Shown: positions 47,950 to 56,129 of the stretch, piece by piece
How the letters are laid out: every line of letters starts with the position of its first letter
Position numbering within the stretch: position 1 is the stretch's first letter
Virus record (IMG/VR): IMGVR_UViG_3300009431_000003
Source: a virus
Length of the DNA: 64,000 nucleotides
Reading direction: 5' to 3' (one strand)
Notes under the pieces: generated by a model
The model's input: the letters and a program-made list of their open reading frames with translations, nothing else
Databases searched by the model: none
What the model was told of the DNA's origin: nothing
Made by a program: the position numbers and the translations under genes

Positions 47950-48894
47950 ATGGGACAAAGATATGAAAGTTTTGAGGAAGCACTGAGACGGAACGAAAAC
48001 CGTCTGTTTACAGTTCAAGATGCTAATATAGGAAAAGGAGAAACAAAAACCGGGAAAGAGCTACTGGTGGCTTTAGACGGAAATAGCATTTTACAAAAAA
48101 AATGCTGGGGACCTTTCGGCATTGACCACGTCGAGACAGTTTCTTGGGTTGAAGAACAGCCAAGCCCTGTAGCGACTTGTTTAGCCTACTACAAATGGGA
48201 GTTCCCAAGTTTAGAATCTGCGCTGACGTGTCAACTTGCTCTCTGTCAGGAGTATAAGACAGAGCAAGAAAGAGCAGAAAAGCTGATAGAGGCCACGCCA
48301 GAGCTAACTGAGGACATGATCTATGTCCTTGGTGATTGCTATCAAGGAAAGTTGCTGGAGGAAAACTATCAGAGGTTTTCTAAAGAAATAGGAGAAAAAG
48401 TCTCCCAGAAAACCCACGGTGGGTTTTCCTTTGTTCGACAATTTTCCGCATTTGAGGAAGGACTGGCAAATATATGCCTAATGTCCTTATCTGTAAGAAT
48501 GTCGTTCCTGGGGCTAAAGCTTGATGATCCGCGGACACAAGAAGCGATAGCAGCTATACAAAGGACACCACAACAGGCCCTTGATGATCTGCGGGAAAAT
48601 GTGGAGTGGTTTGGTGAAACGGATCAATATCAAGGTGCTATGTTTCTCGGTAAGGCAACGCTGGAAAACGTAGTGTATCGAACCTCCGGCGGATTTATAT
48701 ATGGGTGGAGAAAGACTAAAAAAGGATGGGAATTCCTTTTGCGGCATATGCCGCGCAAGGGAACATTGATAACGCAGCTTAAGGATAATAGAAAATGGGA
48801 GCTATCCCCGGCCCACTACTTCAGCTTTGGTAGCCTGTTCTTATGGGAAAGGAATGGGAGTTGTCAAGAAACTCCTCATGTACTTAAATCGTGA
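47950..48894 (+). CDS. hypothetical protein
   Basis: GAGGAG RBS, 314 aa. Confidence 0.75.
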   Translation: MGQRYESFEEALRRNENRLFTVQDANIGKGETKTGKELLVALDGNSILQKKCWGPFGIDHVETVSWVEEQPSPVATCLAYYKWEFPSLESALTCQLALCQEYKTEQERAEKLIEATPELTEDMIYVLGDCYQGKLLEENYQRFSKEIGEKVSQKTHGGFSFVRQFSAFEEGLANICLMSLSVRMSFLGLKLDDPRTQEAIAAIQRTPQQALDDLRENVEWFGETDQYQGAMFLGKATLENVVYRTSGGFIYGWRKTKKGWEFLLRHMPRKGTLITQLKDNRKWELSPAHYFSFGSLFLWERNGSCQETPHVLKS

Positions 48895-48911
48895 AGGTTT
48901 GGTTATCACAA

Positions 48912-48965
48912 GGAATCATTTGACCAATTCATACTCCTCATGCTCGTAATTGGTCAAATGATTCC
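48912..48965. repeat. perfect 18-bp inverted repeat, 18-nt loop (54 nt)
   Basis: GGAATCATTTGACCAATT / AATTGGTCAAATGATTCC. Confidence 0.9.
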
Positions 48966-49269
48966 AGTGGGCCACAGTCCAGAGGGTTGCAGGCTACGAA
49001 CATAAGTTTGCTTGTACAATTAATAGGACAAGGAACGTGGAGGAAATGGCTGATCTTGGTAAGCTTTATCCCGGCGCCGAAGAATCCATGATAGCAGAAG
49101 CCATGTCTAAAGAGTATAAGTCAAAGATTATTACTTCCAAATGGAAACTACCTCTGGGAGCATTTGGTGAAAATTGCGGCCCATCATAAAGATGTGTATC
49201 AGGGTCACGCTTAAGCGGGACCCTGGCTGTTTTTCTGTCTCAAAAAAGCTGGACTTGACACAGATGGCG

Positions 49270-49423
49270 ATTCTGAGCATTCTGAGAGCCTCAACAACCG
49301 CTACCTTTGGCTCAGAATGCTCTGAGAGCAAGAAGTTTACAGATAGTTTACATTGGGGAACAGAAGTTGACACTCATAAATAGGCCTTTTTGGTATAATT
49401 TGCAAATAGACGCTCTGAGAGCG
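49270..49423. repeat. ATTCTGAGC repeat cluster 2 plus promoter elements
   Basis: ATTCTGAGCATTCTGAGAG identical to 47761; 12-bp IR 49275/49311; ATAATTTGCAAATA at 49395; extended -10 TGGTATAAT at 49391. Confidence 0.75.
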
Positions 49424-49494
49424 GTCATTTGTCTCATCGGCTATTTTTTACGATGGACAGGACTGGATAATCTGAATCTAAGTAAGGAGATACC

Positions 49495-49968
49495 ATGAAA
49501 TTAAATACTGGACAACTCGATGCTTTAAGCCAGCTCATCGAGAAAATTGAGTCTCAACTTGATGAGATTGAGGATTTTGGAAGAGATATGTCTTTATTTT
49601 TTGAAACTGCTATGGACTGCCCTCTTTGCCGGCAAGCAGGAGTGGTTAATGACAGTGACGGCCTAAGAACCGTCCCATTATGTCACAATTGCGTATTGAA
49701 GGTACTAGAGCCTGGTTTGGGGCCAAGCAGGACCCTCACCAAGCATAGGCAAGCTTGTTATTGTTTAGCCTACGCGCCGCCGGAAATGCTCCATGAGTCC
49801 TTTGATAATATTATGGCAAAACATGAATTGTTGATTATAAATGGAGAGGATACTCAAGAAGAACAAAAGGCTCTTATTTGGTGGGAAAATAAGAATACGC
49901 TTATTGAGATAATTAAAGCATGGTTTGAATATACCTTAATTGCTGCTAAAGAATGGAGGAAACCATGA
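49495..49968 (+). CDS. hypothetical protein
   Basis: AAGGAG RBS; CPLC..CHNC. Confidence 0.7.
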   Translation: MKLNTGQLDALSQLIEKIESQLDEIEDFGRDMSLFFETAMDCPLCRQAGVVNDSDGLRTVPLCHNCVLKVLEPGLGPSRTLTKHRQACYCLAYAPPEMLHESFDNIMAKHELLIINGEDTQEEQKALIWWENKNTLIEIIKAWFEYTLIAAKEWRKP

Positions 49969-50402
49969 AATACACAAGTACTGTTACTGTATTCCTGAGA
50001 CTGCCGGAGGTTGGTAGATATGCTATAGGTCAGATACTTGTACCTATGGGTTTTCAGGTAACAAAGAAAAGTATTGGCCCATATCAACTGACTGTGAATC
50101 AAAACGGTCATAATTTCTCTGTCTACCTCAACAATTCCAGGTTTAAGTTAGTTAATGGTGAGTATACTGAAACTGTAACTATACATTTACACTCTCCACA
50201 ATTTCAGCCAATTAATCTAGTAAAGCGTGACTCGTGCTTTTATGCTCTTCAGAACCTGGAAGAAAAATTAAGACGGATACTTAAAACCGTGCCCAACTTC
50301 CGGATTACAATTTTTGATGACCAGGACCCTACAAAATTGGTATGTCTCTTGGACGAAGAGCTGCAAGTTACTTACCCTAAAGAGCGCTCGGAGGTTACAT
50401 GA
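49965..50402 (+). CDS. hypothetical protein
   Basis: GGAGG RBS. Confidence 0.7.
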   Translation: MKYTSTVTVFLRLPEVGRYAIGQILVPMGFQVTKKSIGPYQLTVNQNGHNFSVYLNNSRFKLVNGEYTETVTIHLHSPQFQPINLVKRDSCFYALQNLEEKLRRILKTVPNFRITIFDDQDPTKLVCLLDEELQVTYPKERSEVT

Positions 50403-50749
50403 AAAAGGAAACAGGCTGGGTGGCTATGAGAGCGGATGAACAACCTAGAAAAGTTGAAGGGTATATTGTTGATCACTTTATAATACATAAAGGCCTGGGA
50501 TCCTACGGTGATAGTGTAAATACTTGGGCTTTACACCATATCCCTACAGGAATGCGGGCATATGGAGGGCTTAAAACCAGAAAGCTGGCCGTTGAATTAG
50601 CTACTGCTTTTAATTCCGTCCCTGGAATCGAAAAAGGTAAGTGGGCAAAAGCGGAATATCTTACAGATAAGGTACTGGGACCGATGAGGGACATTTTAGA
50701 AAGCTTTAAGAAGAAGCATAAGCTGGAACGGTATCAATGGAGTAGTTGA
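50399..50749 (+). CDS. hypothetical protein, tandem paralogue of 50750..51073
   Basis: shared W...HIPTG...GLK....A.ELA.A..SVPG.EKGKW. Confidence 0.75.
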   Translation: MKKETGWVAMRADEQPRKVEGYIVDHFIIHKGLGSYGDSVNTWALHHIPTGMRAYGGLKTRKLAVELATAFNSVPGIEKGKWAKAEYLTDKVLGPMRDILESFKKKHKLERYQWSS

Positions 50750-51073
50750 ATGAAGAAACTCTGGATATACATAGAGGAAAAGGAAGTAGAAGTGAAGGGA
50801 TACTCTTTTGGTTCATTCTTTGTTCATAGAGGCCAAGGGACAGAGATAAATTGTTCCGTAGATACTTGGGTAGTTACTCATATACCAACAGGGCTCAGCG
50901 TCTACCAGGGTCTTAAATCGAAGGAAACAGCCGAAGAGTTAGCTATAGCCCTCGATTCCGTTCCCGGCACTGAAAAAGGCAAATGGGGCAACCAAGACTG
51001 TATTGGAGAGAGGCCTATCGAATTGATGAGGGCTTGTTTGCATAAATTTAAAAGGAAGCACAAACTTCAGTAG
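50750..51073 (+). CDS. hypothetical protein, tandem paralogue of 50399..50749
   Basis: see partner. Confidence 0.75.
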   Translation: MKKLWIYIEEKEVEVKGYSFGSFFVHRGQGTEINCSVDTWVVTHIPTGLSVYQGLKSKETAEELAIALDSVPGTEKGKWGNQDCIGERPIELMRACLHKFKRKHKLQ

Positions 51074-51081
51074 GAGAGATA

Positions 51082-51507
51082 ATGGGGGAATATTATACCG
51101 TACAGGGACGCATCAAAGTAAAAGAGAGGACACCAGAGGTAGACGCTCTGCTCGACTTCTGTGTTGCTTATGTAGAAAGCTCTACAGGAGAAGATTTTAA
51201 CTATTTTGACGAAGAAGGGAACCTAATAATAGATACAGGAGGCTATACTACTATCCATTTCCGTACCAATTTACAAGATAGGCTGGATATTGCATCTCCT
51301 TTTCTGGAACCAGGAACGCTAAGATATAACGATGGACAAAGTATGGGAATTATAGCTGTAGGAGACACAAAAACCAAGAAGAAATTAGCCGTATCTAATT
51401 ATTATACAAACGAGCTCATAAGCATGATCAAAGCTATTAAGGTAAAAGATCTTCAGCGAATAGCTGGGATAATAGAAAAAGAAATAAAAGATAGAAATTT
51501 ATCATAA
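51082..51507 (+). CDS. hypothetical protein
   Basis: AGGAG RBS. Confidence 0.7.
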   Translation: MGEYYTVQGRIKVKERTPEVDALLDFCVAYVESSTGEDFNYFDEEGNLIIDTGGYTTIHFRTNLQDRLDIASPFLEPGTLRYNDGQSMGIIAVGDTKTKKKLAVSNYYTNELISMIKAIKVKDLQRIAGIIEKEIKDRNLS

Positions 51508-51512
51508 GAGTA
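51503..51512 (+). promoter_or_regulatory. CATAAGAGTA motif
   Basis: exact copy at gene boundary. Confidence 0.5.
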
Positions 51513-51545
51513 CTGAAGAAAACATTTTAATTAATTAAAGGAGAG

Positions 51546-52040
51546 ATGATGGTTCTATTTCTATCTTTTACAGGTATGGTGCAGGCTGTAGCAGAGGGAA
51601 CGGTCTCGATTACAGAATTGGAGACATCTCTTTTATTAACAAATTGCCACAAAGAAGTAGTTATGAACCCTTTTAAGTACTTCTCTGAAGAGTCTTGGCG
51701 CCGTACTCATAAAAAAGACACAATATCCAAATACTCGGCCTGGAAATTACTTCTTGGATGGCTCGACCAAGCTGTTCGAGAAGATAGAGCAATTTACGGA
51801 AAGGGAGCCTCTCACGGTAAATTTGTACTACATCCTCACTCTGTAGATATGTTGAACACTCTTCTTACATTAAATGGGTTGAATGCCATAGCATCCCCTC
51901 CTGGCGAAGATCAAGAAGCTTGGGAGCAGCGGGTGCTGCTTTCAGATATCTATCCGGATATTCTAAAAGCCAATCCATCTCTTGTCCTCATTTCCGGGGA
52001 CGGGCAACCAATTCGATCAGAAATGGCAAAAGTCGAATAA
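51546..52040 (+). CDS. hypothetical protein (start may be ~51663)
   Basis: AAGGAG RBS. Confidence 0.55.
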   Translation: MMVLFLSFTGMVQAVAEGTVSITELETSLLLTNCHKEVVMNPFKYFSEESWRRTHKKDTISKYSAWKLLLGWLDQAVREDRAIYGKGASHGKFVLHPHSVDMLNTLLTLNGLNAIASPPGEDQEAWEQRVLLSDIYPDILKANPSLVLISGDGQPIRSEMAKVE

Positions 52041-52161
52041 CAAGGGCAGAAACAGTGGTATACACTGTACCGATTGTAAGCGCAGGAAGAAAACGCAATA
52101 AACTCCGCTTTATACAATATGGTGTCTGTCGCTTGTAATTGCCCTTGTGGGCGACAACACC

Positions 52162-52195
52162 GACTGGGACCCTTCGGGGTTCCAGTCACTTCTTA
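52162..52195 (+). terminator. C(UUCG)G-capped hairpin, terminator-like
   Basis: GACTGGGACCC-TTCG-GGGTTCCAGTC then ACTTCTT. Confidence 0.6.
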
Positions 52196-52213
52196 CCTAA
52201 TAAAGGAGTATAG

Positions 52214-52840
52214 ATGAATCCCGAACAAGCTTGGAATGCTCTACAGCAAATTATTGGCCCATTTAAAGATTGGAAAGGTAATTGTTTTGCTGTGGCAACC
52301 GCTATGGCAAAGTTACTAGGCTCTAATGCTCATGCAGTATATGGGCATTATCTTGGGGTAATCTCTTCACAATCAATATTTGCCGAGAAGATACCCGCGG
52401 GCTTCTGTCCCCACGGATGGGTTCAGATTTACTTAGACGATCAAATTACTATAGTTGATCCTACGAGGTGGGTACTTTTAGATGTAGAGCCTTATCTTTT
52501 TGTACAAGACTTTCCTTGTGATGATTATGACGAAGGAGGGCAGCAATTTAGAAGTATTCTTCAGCCTGCAGAACCACCAGAGCCAAATATTGGAGAGAAG
52601 TCTTGGACATTATGTACATTAAGTGATGATCTTTCTCAAATTGTCTTACAATATCTTGGGGATACTTACCAGGGTACCCAAATATACATGATGCAGTGGC
52701 ATTGGTTGGTCCACTTACCTTATGAATATTTCTCGCCTCATGTACGCGAACTCTATGAAGCTATGGAAAGCTTTGGACTTAAAGCCCTCATTCCTATCGA
52801 TAATTGGAGAAGAATGGAAAGAGAGTATCCAAAAGAGTAA
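52214..52840 (+). CDS. hypothetical protein with transglutaminase/papain-like motifs
   Basis: GNCFAVA...PHGWVQI...IVDPT (C-H-D order). Confidence 0.55.
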   Translation: MNPEQAWNALQQIIGPFKDWKGNCFAVATAMAKLLGSNAHAVYGHYLGVISSQSIFAEKIPAGFCPHGWVQIYLDDQITIVDPTRWVLLDVEPYLFVQDFPCDDYDEGGQQFRSILQPAEPPEPNIGEKSWTLCTLSDDLSQIVLQYLGDTYQGTQIYMMQWHWLVHLPYEYFSPHVRELYEAMESFGLKALIPIDNWRRMEREYPKE

Positions 52841-52951
52841 CTTGATGACTGCTTTTTCAATCGTAAAGAGGCTTGTGTCGGTCTGGGAAATAGAACCTCA
52901 GACACTTGTTATTTTTTTTTTGCGTCAACTATTTCAAAGGAGAAGATAATA

Positions 52952-53863
52952 ATGCATAATAAAGAAAAACCAAAATACGGTCAGTTAGTCATAGAAGGGT
53001 CGAGATATTTACATAAAGTATCTAACAGCCTAGTGCGTGTGGATTATTTCTTTGAAAAACAGAACATCCCCTATGTAAAGTACACTTATGTAAACTCCAG
53101 GCATCAAGGTGCCCGACCAGTGCAATCCTTTAAGGACACTTTTAGGCCTGAACATAGTAGTCGTTTTGATCAAAACGACTATATGTTTCCTATTATACCT
53201 GGTGGCAGATACGTAGAAGAAACCACTAGAGAGATGGTTACTGTTCTCCATCTTATCAATGCGGGAGATATGGTAAAATATGAGTATATTCGGGCAGGAG
53301 GCAAGCACATTAAAGTTTTTAGGCTTTTTCAAGAACAGTTCCGCCCCTGGAGCGGTTTTACGCTAACCAAAGCAATGGTGGAATCAGGAAAGTGGCAAAT
53401 ACCGCAGAAGGAGCTTGAGCAGGATAGTGTTATGGAGGCTTATGTGGCTGTGTTTCTGGAAGGTGGTGCGGTTACGGATATCAGGTATGATTTCGATTAC
53501 GAAACTTTGGTAGAGAAAGTTCTACTTGTTGTACCTGATAACTCAGATAATTTAACTATTCCAATATTCTTTGTTCCTCCTAGTGGCGAAGATCGTCTTG
53601 TGGAAATTACTGAGGATATTATTACTTTTTCAGACATTAAAAAAGAGGAACCAATTTCCTTAGAGGAACGTATGGAATTTGTTCATAATAATGCAAGCCT
53701 CGGCGTAGATAACAGATACATCTCTCGATGTCTTATAGCAATATCTGCAGGAGACGCAAAATACAAACCGCCCCACGGTAAGTCTAAAGAAGTAATAAAT
53801 GCCAACAACTGGCTTAATGACTATAGCCAGAATCATTGGCTCTGGCAATTTGTGGAGAAATAG
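52952..53863 (+). CDS. hypothetical protein with repeated small beta-domains
   Basis: AAGGAG RBS; V.Y.Y......R...F...FRP repeated. Confidence 0.7.
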   Translation: MHNKEKPKYGQLVIEGSRYLHKVSNSLVRVDYFFEKQNIPYVKYTYVNSRHQGARPVQSFKDTFRPEHSSRFDQNDYMFPIIPGGRYVEETTREMVTVLHLINAGDMVKYEYIRAGGKHIKVFRLFQEQFRPWSGFTLTKAMVESGKWQIPQKELEQDSVMEAYVAVFLEGGAVTDIRYDFDYETLVEKVLLVVPDNSDNLTIPIFFVPPSGEDRLVEITEDIITFSDIKKEEPISLEERMEFVHNNASLGVDNRYISRCLIAISAGDAKYKPPHGKSKEVINANNWLNDYSQNHWLWQFVEK

Positions 53864-53872
53864 GAGATTCTA

Positions 53873-54451
53873 ATGAAATATTATATAGTACAAGCAGATA
53901 GATCATCCCAACCAGGGAGAGACAGTACCTTGGTTGAGGAGGTTCGGGCAGTTAGCCCGGAAAGGGCTGCAGAAAGTGTATTCAAGAGACTCAGGGACCC
54001 TAACCTCGTAGACAAGATATGGTCTCCCTATGATACCCTAATTCGTGTAATCCCTTCGGATGCTGTATTTCTTGGAGACAAGCACCTGATTTCCGAGTTT
54101 GATGAGAAATGGTGCTTGGAGATTATCGAGGAAATTGCTCAAGAATATCCTGAGGAATCAAAGATACCGGATATTGAGTGCGTTGGAAAGGTCCAATATA
54201 CTCACGAATATACTCACCTAGAAAAGTTTACGCTTAATTGTAAGAGCGGTATTCTATTTATTGGGTCCAATATAAAAAGGGGTCAGGTGGCCATCCGTTT
54301 TATTATGGACAATAAACCGGATGTATTTTTTGGTATTTCTACAGCAGATGGGCTTGAGCAGTTTCAGCAATTTGTTGAGGGTTTATATCACAGGTTGTTG
54401 CCACTTCTTCCGATACACAAAGAGGGTCCTATTGATGAAAATATCGACTGA
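53873..54451 (+). CDS. hypothetical protein
   Basis: AGGAG RBS. Confidence 0.7.
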   Translation: MKYYIVQADRSSQPGRDSTLVEEVRAVSPERAAESVFKRLRDPNLVDKIWSPYDTLIRVIPSDAVFLGDKHLISEFDEKWCLEIIEEIAQEYPEESKIPDIECVGKVQYTHEYTHLEKFTLNCKSGILFIGSNIKRGQVAIRFIMDNKPDVFFGISTADGLEQFQQFVEGLYHRLLPLLPIHKEGPIDENID

Positions 54452-54770
54452 GGAGCAAGCTACTGGGTGTTTTGGAGCCGATGGGTATCGAGAATACGCT
54501 AAAAAGAAGGGGTATAAATATATTGACGTATGGAACTGGTCTAGCAGCATTAGAAGGAGCATTATAATGCCAAAAATAAAGTTTTATAAAGAACCTACAG
54601 GTGATTATTGCTGCGTTTTCTGGCCAAAGATAGCAGGGTTTCCGTATTTTGAGGGCAGAGCTGTTGTAATTACTAATCTGCCTACTTCTGTAGCTACTAC
54701 AGGAATCAGTCAAATCTTTTTGCGTAAATGCAAAAAGTACCAAGAGAAAATGTACCAAAAGAGTGGCTAG
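54435..54770 (+). CDS. hypothetical protein (possibly two fused fragments; internal RBS before MPKIKF)
   Basis: ORF plus internal AAGGAG. Confidence 0.5.
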   Translation: MKISTEEQATGCFGADGYREYAKKKGYKYIDVWNWSSSIRRSIIMPKIKFYKEPTGDYCCVFWPKIAGFPYFEGRAVVITNLPTSVATTGISQIFLRKCKKYQEKMYQKSG

Positions 54771-54794
54771 AAGAATTGGAATAAGGAGGACATT

Positions 54795-55001
54795 ATGGGA
54801 AAGCTTTTATTGTGGGCATGGGGAGCATATGCCTTGATTTGGGTTGCAGTATTTTTGAGCGCTTATTTTGATTTCTTCTCATTTATGGATGATTGGAGAG
54901 GAAGACGAGTAGCTCATCATTTGCCGCCATATTTCTCATGGAAGTATCTTATCTGGTCCGCTCCTGTCCTTTTAGCCGGCCTTGCAAGTATATCTTCTTA
55001 A
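54795..55001 (+). CDS. small membrane protein
   Basis: AAGGAGG RBS, two hydrophobic helices. Confidence 0.65.
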   Translation: MGKLLLWAWGAYALIWVAVFLSAYFDFFSFMDDWRGRRVAHHLPPYFSWKYLIWSAPVLLAGLASISS

Positions 55002-55057
55002 TCGTCTGTCTCAAAAATTTGCAAAGTGAGATAGCTTATGATACCTTTAAAAACAAG

Positions 55058-55096
55058 TTATGTGAAAATAATGAGTATTTTCACATAAGAGGAGTG
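55058..55096 (+). promoter_or_regulatory. 13-bp palindrome overlapping a CATAAGAG-type motif upstream of the RNA island
   Basis: TTATGTGAAAATA-ATGAG-TATTTTCACATAA; CATAAGAGGAGTG at 55084. Confidence 0.5.
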
Positions 55097-55152
55097 ATCA
55101 AGAACTTTCCTTTTAGGAGGAAAGGCATGACCTTCTTGATCTACTTGTCACA

Positions 55153-55330
55153 AGTTTAAGTTGGAAAGTTGGCTTAGAGGCAGCCATCTTTTAAAGAGTG
55201 AATCGCCTCGATCTCAATCATCGTGACCGATGGATACTTTCTGTAATGTGTCAGGTCCTTGACTTAGGAAAGTATCGGGATCGCCAAGGACAGGTGGATT
55301 CTTTGGCGTAGTAGCACACCAACTTAAACT
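55153..55330 (+). ncRNA. structured RNA mimicking 23S rRNA H43/H44 (uL11-binding GTPase-associated centre) with ~105-nt insert
   Basis: perfect 12-bp closing helix 55153-64/55319-30; GTTGGCTTAGAGGCAGCCATC matches E. coli 23S 1059-1079 at 20/21 (from memory); TTTAAAGAGT...GCGTAGTAGCACA matches H44. Confidence 0.75.
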
Positions 55331-55471
55331 ATTTTAAGAGGAGAAACTTATGTGTTTTAAAATGGATCAGTGCAGAAGAGAAATGGAGGAATCTCTCGCA
55401 CTACACGACCATGATGATTGGATTCGTTATGGAAAGTTATCTCCTCAGCAGAAACATGCAAAGACAGTTTT

Positions 55472-55808
55472 GGGCATGGTTTTGGATTCGACAGAGGAGC
55501 TTGAGAGCGACTCCAGCAAGCCAGGGAGCATCCGGCCCTGTAAAAAGATGCACATTTTTAATTGCCGAACCGCAATTAGCTAACGCTGCGTAGAGCAGCG
55601 CGTTGTACCGGCTGACTCCGATACGTCGGCTACAGCGTTACATATCGGATAGTCTTGATGGCTGATCGTATCAAGGGAATTCCAGATCACCAACTCTCTG
55701 AGTATCCTGTCCATGGGAGACAATGAAGAGTATAAAACATGGACTAAGCTTGTAGACGGACCGTAAACACTTTTCTGGACTGGGGTTCGACTCCCCACAT
55801 GTCCACCA
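55472..55808 (+). ncRNA. ssrA: tmRNA; tag peptide (A)AEPQLANAA* at 55564-55593
   Basis: acceptor GGGCATG/CATGTCC-ACCA with G3.U70; GGATTCGAC; T-arm GGGGTTCGACTCCCC; TAATT before the GCC resume codon. Confidence 0.92.
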
Positions 55809-55813
55809 ATTAT

Positions 55814-55981
55814 GGCGAGGTAGTTCAAGTAGGAACGTCTAATGTATAGAAGAACCTGGAATATTTTATACATTGTCCTCCTCAAGAATTAGGAGAGATC
55901 TTCTGCAGAGAGAACTCGATAATAAAAACAGAATACTGGGCTTGCTGCTCAGAGATGCTGGTTCAAATCCGGTCCTCGCTG
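55814..55981 (+). ncRNA. tRNA-shaped RNA with ~105-nt multibranch insert replacing the anticodon loop
   Basis: acceptor GGCGAGG/CCTCGCT, D-arm GTTC/GAAC, T-arm GCTGG-TTCAAAT-CCGGT; no readable anticodon, no CCA. Confidence 0.65.
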
Positions 55982-56037
55982 TATTATTTTGAAAACAGTA
56001 TGCAACTGCCCGGAATAGGTAGTTGTCGTTGGCAGCC

Positions 56038-56099
56038 GGCCCGAGGGGGGCCTTCCAAGATACTTAGTCCCACAACCCCTCTCGGGCCGCGTTTAATTT
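56038..56099 (+). terminator. GC-rich hairpin with U-rich tail
   Basis: GGCCCGAG-GGGG / CCCC-T-CTCGGGCC then GCGTTTAATTTT. Confidence 0.45.
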
Positions 56100-56129
56100 T
56101 GTTGTTATATTTTTTATTAAGGAGAAGCT

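Noticed and set aside
52040-52150. c-di-GMP-I riboswitch
   Set aside because: GGCA...ACGCAA..CTCCG...TTGCC is reminiscent, but the strand pairing with CTCC and the GNRA/receptor pair are missing.
55153-55330. A true rRNA gene or host contamination
   Set aside because: Only H43/H44 is matched, it is closed by a private 12-bp stem and interrupted by an insert, and the flanks are phage-like.
55350-55593. ORFs 55350..55583 and 55411..55593
   Set aside because: They run through the tmRNA. The second is just the tag frame. The first has an RBS but cannot be supported beyond its first ~40 codons.
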